NCBI GenBank assembly: GCA_964492735.1
Contig: CAZBLE010000003.1
Coordinates: 6,279-70,278, forward strand
Reading direction: 5' to 3'
Length of the DNA: 64,000 nt
Source of the DNA: an uncultured Gammaproteobacteria bacterium
GTDB taxonomy: Bacteria; Patescibacteriota; Patescibacteriia; UBA9570; XYC2-FULL-38-9
A program made the position numbers and the translations under genes. The notes under the pieces were generated by a model, which was not told where the DNA came from, made no database searches, and saw only the letters and a program-made list of their open reading frames with translations. How positions within the stretch are numbered: position 1 is the first letter of the stretch; each line of letters begins with the position of its first letter. This document shows positions 10,474-19,121 of the stretch, piece after piece.

Positions 10474-10692
10474 CTAAATAAACAGTCGTCCGAGAGAAAC
10501 ACCAATAAACAGAATTGCAGTAATGATTGTAAAAATAAAAATACCCTTTTCTGGACCTCGACGTGTAGACACTACACCACCACTACCACCAAATGCACTA
10601 CCAAGACCGTCACCTTTTGCTTGTAAGAGAATGCTCACCACGAGTAGTGTTGCGAGAATAATTTGCGATACATCAAAAATTGTTTGAACCAT
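10474..10692 (-). CDS. secG: preprotein translocase subunit SecG
   Basis: 72 aa with two TM helices and a central Gly-rich GDGLGSAFGGSGG loop, the characteristic SecG architecture. Confidence 0.75.
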   Translation of the reverse strand: MVQTIFDVSQIILATLLVVSILLQAKGDGLGSAFGGSGGVVSTRRGPEKGIFIFTIITAILFIGVSLGRLFI

Positions 10693-10758
10693 AGAGCTAG
10701 ACCAGGATATCAGATGGGTGGTTTTCTGTCAAAGTAAAATCAATTATATTGGCTAATA

Positions 10759-13700
10759 TTACTGTAATAATGAATTTACATCTGCCACAACTGGGCTACG
10801 TTCATCTACATTTGCAAACTGCTTTGTTGAACGAAAAACCGGAATATCTGTTGTTTTTCCATTCACTACAAAACGAAAATACAATGTATGGTCTAAATTT
10901 GCCGACACACTGACCGGAATAAATTCAAACTGCGCGGAGGCAGTTTTGTAAGACATTATCAGTTGGAAATCATTGAAGTCGTTATCAGTACCGTCTTCGA
11001 ATTTTAATAACGTCTGACCACGTGCAAGTGAGACAGATTGGGCCTTTGGACTGTACTGAGCACTGCTTCGTTCATTACCAAAACGGATAAAGCTTTGAAA
11101 GCGTGCATCTTGAAGAGAAAATTGTACTTTTAATTTTTTGTTTTTTGTTGTGCGGTTACGAGCCGTTACATTATAGACATCTTTTCCTCCTGTCGCTTTA
11201 CTTGCTACGGTTAATGTCCGAGCAGATTTTTTTGCCGGGATATCTTTTACGACATACGAAACCGTAATCGTTCGCGTTGCACCTACTGCAAGTGGTTTAT
11301 TTTTTAATACATTATTCCAGACAAGTGTTCCTTTCTTTTTTGTTGAATTTGGCTTCACTGTACCTTTTTTAAACTTCAAGGTTGCCTTTGGATATGTTTG
11401 AGTAAGTTTTAATTTCGTTAAACTTGCTTCACCCGTATTTTTAATCTTCACTGTATATTTCACTGTCTTGCCTTTTGCAACAGTCGGATATTTTCCTTTT
11501 TTCGCTTTTGGTGAGATGAGCTTTTGCTGAATAGTATATGACGATGTCACTGATGCACGAGTAAATGTCACACTTGTTGCAGAACTTACGTTCCCTGCCG
11601 CATCCATTGCGACAATGCTAATTGCCTGAGACCCTACAGCAAGCGCACTTGTCGCTGTACAATTCCATGTACCATCGCTGCCAACGGTCGTTGTGCACAG
11701 TGTATTACTATTATTGTCACGAACAATGACAGTCGCAAGAGCCTCGGCCGTTCCTTGGAAGGTTGGTGTTTTAGTTTGAACAACGCCTGTGCTTGTTACA
11801 ATAGACGCATTACCACCGTTACTCGCAACAATCACCGGTGCATTTGGTGCAGTTGTGTCAGATGATGGAGTCGGACTTGGTGTAGTAGCAACAATCACAT
11901 AGCCAGCTTGTGTTGCTGGTGTCGCGACATTTCCAAGCGCATCTTGTGCAGCAATTTTCAAATTTCCTGAACTGGTAATTGCAATTGTACAATCTACTTG
12001 TGTACCAGATGTTTGTGTACAAGAAATTGCATCATGGCCAGCAGTTGTTGCAGCATCAACAGTCACTGCGCTACTACTAATCGCTCGAGCGTCTGTGACA
12101 CGAATTGTTGTATTTGTAATTGTTGTTGTCGCAGATAGTGTTGGAGCTGTAATTGCAATCACTGGTGCGGTTGCATCAATCGTAAATGAAGCAACGTTTA
12201 ATACATTCGATGCGTTACCTGCAGCGTCAGTGACTGTAATCGTACAATTTGTGTGTGCGCCATCAGCAAGCTCTGCAAATGTGATTGTGTTTGAGCCAAC
12301 CGAAGCTGACACCGCACTTGATGCGCAATCCCCACCATATGAAAGACTTCCTGCTTCATTGGTTGTGAATGTATAGTTCGGTGTGTTATCTGTGGTTGGA
12401 GTTGAAACAGGCGTCACGACTAAGATTGTTGGCGCTACTGCATCAATCGTAAATGACGCAACGTTTAATGTATTTGAAACATTTCCAATTGTATCAGTTA
12501 CAGTGATTGTACAATTTGTATGCGCGCCGTCAGCGAGTGTATTAAAAGTAATGGTATTTGAACCTGAACTTGCAGATGTTGTTGCGGATGAACAATCACC
12601 ACCATAGGAAATCGTTCCCGCTTCATTGGTTGTGAATGTATAACTTGGTGTGTTATCTGTGGTGGGAGTTGAAACAGGTGTTACTTCTGAGATTGTTGGT
12701 GCAGTTGCATCAACCGTAAATGAAGCGACATTTAACGTATTTGATGCATTGCCTGCAGCGTCGGTTACAGTGATTGTACAGTTTGTATGTGCACCATCAG
12801 AAAGTGTATTAAAAGTAATGGTATTTGAACCTGAATTTGCAGATGTTGTTGCGGATGAACAATCACCACCATAGGAAATCGTTCCTGCTTCGTTGGTTGT
12901 GAATGTATAACTTGGTGTGTTATCTGTGGTTGGAGTTGAAACAGGCGTTACTTCTGAGATTGTCGGCGCTCCTGAATCAATGACAATATTTTTATTCGCC
13001 GCAAGCGTTGTTCCAGGAGTAAAATCAGTCAATGTATTTAACGCATGATCTTTAATCGTTCCGGAAATAGTTGCATCTAAGTCAGCAGTTGTGTCCCCTT
13101 CTTGTACAATATAATTACATGTTCCTGTTCGAGAATCGGTAATCGTAAATGTACATGTTTGATCAGTCGTTCCTGTTTCGAGCGTCACGGTCACACTCCC
13201 AGTTGAAGTCACTGGCTCAGAAAATGTCACATCAATATCAATCGAATCCCCAGGGCTATATGAACCATTTGCCGCATCTGAAGAAATAGAATCGATAACA
13301 GGGGTCGCACCAGTCTCAACAACTAGTGTAACTGCGAGACCACTCATCGCATTTCTCAATTGTGTTATCCCTACAATTGAAGGGGGTGTTGTTGTTGAAT
13401 TGCCTAATGTATCAATGATTGAATATGAAAGAATGCTCGCAATTTGTAAATCTGAATCATCTTCTCCAGAAGCTGAATCTCCCACTACATAGTTTGCTGC
13501 AATAATATTTCCACCATATGCCGGGTTGTAAGCAAGATCCACTTCAACACCATTCGTTAAACGGACAGTCATGATTGAGGCTGAATTCAACGTTCTTGCA
13601 AATTGCGCCCCAATGAGAATTGTTTGACCAGTTGTGTAGGTTCCGCTTGTAGTAAGTGTCGCAAACTGTGTCAAAGCTGGCGCACTGGTTGCAATAGTAA

Positions 13701-15993
13701 AAGATGTAATAGACAGTGCTGCGCTGGTGTTCCCTGAACCAAAATCAACCAGATCAGTCACTGTTAAACGACAGTTTGTGTAACTCCCATCTGATAGTGC
13801 GCCGCCGGATCCATTTGAATCGAGGGTAATTGTGTTGCTTCCACTGCTCGCACTCGTTGTCGTGCTTCGGCAACTTCCTAGTGTAAACGCAATTGTACCA
13901 GCTTCGTTGGTTGTAAAAATATAATTTGGCGTTGTGTCATTTGTCGGCGTTGTCACCGCGGTGATTTCTGAAACAGTTGGCCCAGTTGTATCAACAACAA
14001 TATCTTTCGCCCCTCCAATATTATTCAAACCTGACGGAACTAATGAATTAGTTCGTGTATTTGGTGATGTAGCAAGATCAGTAACACTTTCAGAATTAAT
14101 CATTGACACTGTTAAATCCCCAGTTCCTCCACCCGCTCCTGTTGATGGGACTGTGTATGTTCCAGTTAATGTCGCTGTTGCTACTACACCACTTAAACTA
14201 ACAGAGCCACTATTATTAAGGGTAACTTGCATCGTTGAGGATGCATTGATTGTTTCATCATATGTCGCCGTGATCGTAATAACTGCCCCTGGGCCATATC
14301 GACCACTTGTTGAATCTGTTGTAAACGATTGTAATACAGGCGCGGTCGTATCTGGTGGCGCGCTGGTGGTGAATGTTCCAGTTTGCACTCCTGTGCGTGT
14401 AATATCATCACTCGAATCAACAGTATCAATTCGATAATAATATATAGTACTCGCACTTAAGCCAGTAATTGTTTTTGAATGACTCGTACCAAGTGTTCCT
14501 GTGTTTGCTGTAGCACCTGACAAGCCACCTTCACTAGTCGCAATATAAATTTTTGGTTTTAACGTTTCTGTTGAAGAAAATAAAAATGATACCTGACTAC
14601 TTGTTGGCGTAACTGTTGGTGTTGAAATCGTACCATCAAAAACAGTTGTGGAAACAGAGTTCGTTGGAATTGGGTTATTGTTAAAAGTCAAAATGACAAT
14701 TGATTGACCCGATGTTAAGCTCCCTGTTAAATCACCGCCTGCAACAGTTGCGGAAAAAGAAGAGCTTGAAATTGCCTTTGTTCCTTTATAGACACCACCT
14801 TGGTAGATCATGGCTGAGCCAGTTGATGCGCCAGATAATGCCTCAACGCTGGTTGTTTTTGCAACAATACTTGATGCTGCAGAAAATGGCTCTGAACCAC
14901 TATCATATGCAATATATTGCGTTGCAGCACTATCAAATGTGTTAAATCCAGCAACAACATTACTTGGTGTTGAGTCTTGTAAGTCAATAGCAAGTTGGTT
15001 TCCAGAAAATGTATTTCCATCTGCCGCAAGGCCTGCTCCATTACTCGCACCAATACGGATATCTGAAGGTGAGTCACTGATACAAAATCCACGTTGAGTA
15101 GACTCAATCGTAATTGTATTAGAACGATAGATATGACTACTTCCTCCTATCATGCGGACAGCACAATTATTATTGGAGATAATCGTGTCATCAATAGTCA
15201 CGTTCGTTGCGCTACTGAATTCAAAACCATGAGACGTTGAATTCAATGATTGTGTATTTGTTACTGTCACTCCAGAAGCAGAGCTTGCAGCAATATTTGG
15301 CTGCGATGAAGAATCAACAATCACATTATCAATTACTGTATTCGTTGCGGTACTTGCTACTAAAATACCGTAATTCACAGTTCCATCAACAGTACCGCCG
15401 ATATTGCGACCGATAATTGTGTGTTGAATTGTTGTATTTGCAGAACTAGTGGTAATACCTCGACGTCCGCCATAGATAAATACTTTTTGACCTGTCAGTG
15501 AGCCAGAACCAATTGTGACAAAATCAGAGGTAATATCGAGAGCGCCAGAGCCGATTCCGACAGTGTCCATACAATCTTTCATCGCAATACCCTCAAGTAC
15601 ACTGTTGTCTGAGCCAGGGCCGAAAGAAAGACAATATGGCCGAACAGACGCATCGCCAGTTGATCCGTCAAGAATCAGATCAATTGTTGATGTATCAGTA
15701 TTTTGAAAAACGGCCTTTCGCTGAATAATAGGCAATCCCGTTGATAGTGTGACTGTTTGTGTTCCACCTGCATTTTCAAGTGAAATAATACAATCATCAC
15801 TCGCGCTAATAGCGTTGCAATCAATAATCGCTTTACGAATAGAGCCCGCGCCAGAATCATTGGCGTTACTGACCGTGAATGTTGAAGTAGCCGCCTGCGC
15901 ACTAGTTACTGAAAACAAGCAAAAAAAGAGGCTAAATGCAGCTCCTGCAATGAATCGAACAGACTGTCTATTTTTGATATTTTTTTTACGCAT
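10759..15993 (-). CDS. giant exported Thr/Ser-rich surface protein with tandem Ig-like repeats (adhesin/S-layer-like)
   Basis: 1744 aa. N-terminal signal peptide MRKKNIKNRQSVRFIAGAAFSLFFCLFSVTSAQA. At least three near-identical ~89-aa repeats (TPVSTPTTDNTPSYTFTTNEAG...CTITVTDAAGNASN), with a more diverged copy upstream. Lys-rich C-terminal segment. Confidence 0.8.
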   Translation of the reverse strand: MRKKNIKNRQSVRFIAGAAFSLFFCLFSVTSAQAATSTFTVSNANDSGAGSIRKAIIDCNAISASDDCIISLENAGGTQTVTLSTGLPIIQRKAVFQNTDTSTIDLILDGSTGDASVRPYCLSFGPGSDNSVLEGIAMKDCMDTVGIGSGALDITSDFVTIGSGSLTGQKVFIYGGRRGITTSSANTTIQHTIIGRNIGGTVDGTVNYGILVASTATNTVIDNVIVDSSSQPNIAASSASGVTVTNTQSLNSTSHGFEFSSATNVTIDDTIISNNNCAVRMIGGSSHIYRSNTITIESTQRGFCISDSPSDIRIGASNGAGLAADGNTFSGNQLAIDLQDSTPSNVVAGFNTFDSAATQYIAYDSGSEPFSAASSIVAKTTSVEALSGASTGSAMIYQGGVYKGTKAISSSSFSATVAGGDLTGSLTSGQSIVILTFNNNPIPTNSVSTTVFDGTISTPTVTPTSSQVSFLFSSTETLKPKIYIATSEGGLSGATANTGTLGTSHSKTITGLSASTIYYYRIDTVDSSDDITRTGVQTGTFTTSAPPDTTAPVLQSFTTDSTSGRYGPGAVITITATYDETINASSTMQVTLNNSGSVSLSGVVATATLTGTYTVPSTGAGGGTGDLTVSMINSESVTDLATSPNTRTNSLVPSGLNNIGGAKDIVVDTTGPTVSEITAVTTPTNDTTPNYIFTTNEAGTIAFTLGSCRSTTTSASSGSNTITLDSNGSGGALSDGSYTNCRLTVTDLVDFGSGNTSAALSITSFTIATSAPALTQFATLTTSGTYTTGQTILIGAQFARTLNSASIMTVRLTNGVEVDLAYNPAYGGNIIAANYVVGDSASGEDDSDLQIASILSYSIIDTLGNSTTTPPSIVGITQLRNAMSGLAVTLVVETGATPVIDSISSDAANGSYSPGDSIDIDVTFSEPVTSTGSVTVTLETGTTDQTCTFTITDSRTGTCNYIVQEGDTTADLDATISGTIKDHALNTLTDFTPGTTLAANKNIVIDSGAPTISEVTPVSTPTTDNTPSYTFTTNEAGTISYGGDCSSATTSANSGSNTITFNTLSDGAHTNCTITVTDAAGNASNTLNVASFTVDATAPTISEVTPVSTPTTDNTPSYTFTTNEAGTISYGGDCSSATTSASSGSNTITFNTLADGAHTNCTITVTDTIGNVSNTLNVASFTIDAVAPTILVVTPVSTPTTDNTPNYTFTTNEAGSLSYGGDCASSAVSASVGSNTITFAELADGAHTNCTITVTDAAGNASNVLNVASFTIDATAPVIAITAPTLSATTTITNTTIRVTDARAISSSAVTVDAATTAGHDAISCTQTSGTQVDCTIAITSSGNLKIAAQDALGNVATPATQAGYVIVATTPSPTPSSDTTAPNAPVIVASNGGNASIVTSTGVVQTKTPTFQGTAEALATVIVRDNNSNTLCTTTVGSDGTWNCTATSALAVGSQAISIVAMDAAGNVSSATSVTFTRASVTSSYTIQQKLISPKAKKGKYPTVAKGKTVKYTVKIKNTGEASLTKLKLTQTYPKATLKFKKGTVKPNSTKKKGTLVWNNVLKNKPLAVGATRTITVSYVVKDIPAKKSARTLTVASKATGGKDVYNVTARNRTTKNKKLKVQFSLQDARFQSFIRFGNERSSAQYSPKAQSVSLARGQTLLKFEDGTDNDFNDFQLIMSYKTASAQFEFIPVSVSANLDHTLYFRFVVNGKTTDIPVFRSTKQFANVDERSPVVADVNSLLQ
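12095..12960 (-). repeat. three near-identical ~267-nt tandem repeats inside the giant surface-protein gene
   Basis: Plus-strand antisense ORFs at 12383..12607 and 12650..12874 are 267 nt apart and nearly identical. The protein shows three TPVSTPTTDNTP...ATAPTISEV units. Confidence 0.85.
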
Positions 15994-16003
15994 TTCGTCT
16001 ATT

Positions 16004-16037
16004 ATTATACCGTATCTTGTATTATACCGTATCTTGG
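16004..16037 (-). promoter_or_regulatory. tandem direct repeat (2 x 17 bp ATTATACCGTATCTTGK), each unit carrying a TATAAT box on the minus strand, immediately upstream of the giant surface-protein start
   Basis: Minus strand reads CCAAGATACGGTATAAT ACAAGATACGGTATAAT AATAGACGAA ATG. A -35-like TTGCAA lies 17 nt upstream of the distal TATAAT. No Shine-Dalgarno sequence before the ATG. Confidence 0.6.
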
Positions 16038-16252
16038 CACTTTTTGCAAGTGTGGCTAATGCTAGGGAAATGATGAGTGTGTAACAGGAGTTGGTGAGTG
16101 TCGTTGTCTTTTAAATAGAGAAAACCTGGCGCATGAGATCAGAGATGTGATCATGCATGCGTCAGGGAGAGGCCAGCTGCTGTGTCGTTGTGATCTGTGT
16201 GTAGATCAGCGAACGATGTGAGCTGCCTCTCAACCGGTGTTGCTCAGCTGTT

Positions 16253-18274
16253 TTACGGCTGAGCGAACAGCGGGTGCGGGCCGTCGGCGATGGCCCAGTT
16301 GTGTGTGGTCTGGCTACCGTCGGGCCAAACGACCTCAACTTGCGCCGAAGCCTGGTTGCTGCCCAGGTCGAGGCAGAAGTCGGAGTCGAGGCCGTTCCGG
16401 TAGCCGGTCGGCTGCTCCCGGAGGACCTCAACGCCGCCCACGGTGACAGTCACGCGCGACAACGAGCCGTTTCGCGGGACAGTCACGCCGTTGCCGGCCA
16501 AGCTTCCGCAAAAGCGGTTTCCGGTTGCGATGCTGTCGTTGCGGAGGTACTTGGGATTCCCCTCATACACTCCGCTGACAACGCAGTCAGCGTCGCCGTC
16601 GTTGTCGAAGTCCGCGCAGACCATCTGGCGATGGTTGCCGCGCGTGGCGTCGGCGCCCATCGTGTCGTTGATGCCGATGCGAGACGGCGGGTAGGGGTAC
16701 GTCATCCCCATCTGGCCGCCCGTGCCGCGAACCGCCATATGCGCCGTGATCGGCTGGCCGTTGGTCGGGCACTCCGCAGCGCCAGGGCAGGTGCCGTTGT
16801 ACCCCCGGCCGTCGTGCCCCCACGGGGTGAGGAACGACGTCGCGACTTGCCCGTCCGGCAAGTAGCGCGTCGTCTCGCCGCCCATTTCCCAAGGGATGGG
16901 GCGCACGGGCGGACCCGGCTCGAAAACGCACGCTGCGCCGAGGCCCTGGCCGCCAGCCAGGGACCAGTCGGCCAACTGCGGGACGTTCCCGGTGTTGTCG
17001 AACCAGAGGTCCGACCCTGGATCGCGGCCGTAAGCCGAGAAACAGAGGTCGTTGCTGCTGGTCGACACCAACAGGTCGGGCCAGTTGTCGCCGTCGAGAC
17101 TGGTAAAGAGGCCGCCCATCGGGCGGCTCCAAGCCAATTGACTCCAACCAGAAGTCCCGTCCTGCTCCACGAAGCGTGGCCAGCCGTCGGTGGTCGTGCC
17201 GTCCCGGACGAAAACGCCGGTCGGCGATCCGCCCATGGGCGATCCCATCGCCCAGATGGTCAGCGACCCGTCGGGGCCGGGCAAGGCCAGCCAGGTGTAG
17301 AGATCGCTTCTCGCGCCAGGGAGGCGCTCGAAGTTTTGACTCGCAACCCAGCCTCCGCCCGGCTGCTGGAAGAACGTCCACGGCAGACTGTCTCGCGACA
17401 TCAAGAGAATGTCGAGCAGCCCATTTCCGTCGATGTCCCAGACGCCCGGGATCGGGCGGATCGTGAACCCGGCACCGCGCCAGGCGGCGTCAAAGGAAGG
17501 GTCAGGCGCCCAGCGACCGTCCGGCTGACGCTCAAAAACGAGCCCAAGCGGCGAAGCCGCCAGGATCTCGACCTGCCCGTCGCCGTCGAGGTCGACGAGG
17601 TCAAGGTAGTTGACCTCGGTCGCCGTTGAGATCCGCGGGTCGAACCCACGCTCGAGGAGACCTGCAGCGACGAAGTCGCCAATCCCGTCCCGAGGGACGG
17701 TCCAGGTTCCCGTCGCCGGGTCGAGCGTGCGGATCGCTCCGCGATAGCTCGACCCGACCCACCGCATGTCAAAGAGACACACCAAGGAGTCGTCCGCCGG
17801 ACCAGCCCAACCGCCCTTGGTGCAGGCGGCGGGATGCCGCTGCACCGGGCGCGGCCCAATGTCGTCCTCCAACCACCCCGCCATGGGCTGGCAGTTGGTG
17901 GGGACGTCGGGCGGACAGATGTCGCCCGCGAGCTCGGTGTAGGTCAGCTGCGGGTAGTCCCCGAGCTGCGTTCCGAGCGCGGTGGGAACGACGGGTGGGA
18001 CGACGTCGGTGTCAGCCGTGTCGACGGTGTCGGTGTCATCCGTGACCTCCCACGCGGGAGTCGTGTCGGTGCCTGCCGACTCATCCGAGTCGTCCGTGCC
18101 ACCTCCCGCCTCAGGCGGGATGGTGTCGTCGGAGGACGGGGGAATCGTGTCCGTCGTGTCGACGGTGTCGATGTCGGGGTGGGGCTGGCGGAAGCCAGCT
18201 CCCACGTCCTCGATGACCTGACAACCGGAGGTGAAAGCGAAGAAGCCAAAAACCAGAGCGCGAAGGGTCGTCAT
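16253..18274 (-). CDS. FG-GAP/VCBS-repeat lipoprotein (ASPIC/UnbV, CRTAC1-like), GC-rich foreign gene
   Basis: ~67 % GC against a ~45 % backbone. Lipobox-type signal MTTLRALVFGFFAFTSGC. Repeated DxDGDG loops (VDLDGDGQVE, WDIDGNGLLD, CADFDNDGDADC). GGAG Shine-Dalgarno sits 6 nt before the ATG at 18274. The longest ORF extends to 18346. Confidence 0.75.
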   Translation of the reverse strand: MTTLRALVFGFFAFTSGCQVIEDVGAGFRQPHPDIDTVDTTDTIPPSSDDTIPPEAGGGTDDSDESAGTDTTPAWEVTDDTDTVDTADTDVVPPVVPTALGTQLGDYPQLTYTELAGDICPPDVPTNCQPMAGWLEDDIGPRPVQRHPAACTKGGWAGPADDSLVCLFDMRWVGSSYRGAIRTLDPATGTWTVPRDGIGDFVAAGLLERGFDPRISTATEVNYLDLVDLDGDGQVEILAASPLGLVFERQPDGRWAPDPSFDAAWRGAGFTIRPIPGVWDIDGNGLLDILLMSRDSLPWTFFQQPGGGWVASQNFERLPGARSDLYTWLALPGPDGSLTIWAMGSPMGGSPTGVFVRDGTTTDGWPRFVEQDGTSGWSQLAWSRPMGGLFTSLDGDNWPDLLVSTSSNDLCFSAYGRDPGSDLWFDNTGNVPQLADWSLAGGQGLGAACVFEPGPPVRPIPWEMGGETTRYLPDGQVATSFLTPWGHDGRGYNGTCPGAAECPTNGQPITAHMAVRGTGGQMGMTYPYPPSRIGINDTMGADATRGNHRQMVCADFDNDGDADCVVSGVYEGNPKYLRNDSIATGNRFCGSLAGNGVTVPRNGSLSRVTVTVGGVEVLREQPTGYRNGLDSDFCLDLGSNQASAQVEVVWPDGSQTTHNWAIADGPHPLFAQP

Positions 18275-18714
18275 GGGAACTCCAGAGCTCGCACGCAGCG
18301 AGTTCATGGGTGGAACGAGACTGCAAACGGCACTATGCCATCGCAATCATTCTCTCTATCATCCAAATACCCCACGACAAAAATGCAATTACTGCATCGC
18401 TGTCCTGAGGCCTCTGGATGATAGAGACGAAACTAGATGAAAAATTCAATTTTCAAAGAATGCAAAAAATTCCAAGTTGGAACTTGCACTACTTACTATA
18501 TCCCATATTTTGACAAAAAAGTCAAGCATTTTTTGGCTAACCTCTGTTGATATTTTCTTAATACGAAAAAGGCCAGAAATACGCAGATGCACGGGGAGCT
18601 GGTCGCTCGCAGTTGTACAAAAGCCTATTCCTGGCGTGCCGAGAGACTCTCGGTAACTTACCTCAATCAGCCTGACTGACATTTCCGCCGTTATCAGCCG
18701 GGCCGATTTTTTTC

Positions 18715-18987
18715 TCACATGAGCAAGGGGTCGGTCAAAGCCTGCCCACCCCACTCGCAACGCCAAGGGCGTGCAAACGGGTCGAAGAAGATCCTCTGCC
18801 GATACTCCCAGGCCCGGAGCTCGAGCTCCTGGATGCTCTCCGGGTCTCGAAGTCCCTTGCAGGCCTCCGTGAACTCCTCCGCGAGCTCAGCAAGCTCCGC
18901 CTCCTGAGCTTCACTGGGCGCGACAGCCCAGTAGAGAGTCGAGTACGCTGCAATGAAGATCCCACTCAACAAAAGAAACTCCCGCAC
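18715..18987 (-). CDS. small GC-rich secreted protein (90 aa), hypothetical
   Basis: GTG start preceded by GGAGG. N-terminal signal-like MREFLLLSGIFIAAYSTLYWAVAPSEA. GC-rich like the adjacent FG-GAP gene. Confidence 0.35.
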   Translation of the reverse strand: MREFLLLSGIFIAAYSTLYWAVAPSEAQEAELAELAEEFTEACKGLRDPESIQELELRAWEYRQRIFFDPFARPWRCEWGGQALTDPLLM

Positions 18988-19121
18988 GAGACCTCCAGCT
19001 CATGAGCGTAAGTGCTCATTTGTTGACTGATTATACAATTTTTCGCCCAAAAGTCAAGAAAATAAGCTTGTTATTCGGTCATTTTTCGGCTTTTAAAAAA
19101 CTGTGCTATACTCCACAAACT

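Noticed and set aside
16274-17629. 451-aa plus-strand ORF, and several other long ORFs in all frames, across 16.2-18.4 kb and 32.1-33.1 kb
   Set aside because: These lie antisense to, or overlap, the GC-rich FG-GAP and secreted-protein genes. Long spurious ORFs are expected in high-GC DNA because stop codons are rare, and their translations are Arg/Ala/Pro-rich with no motifs.
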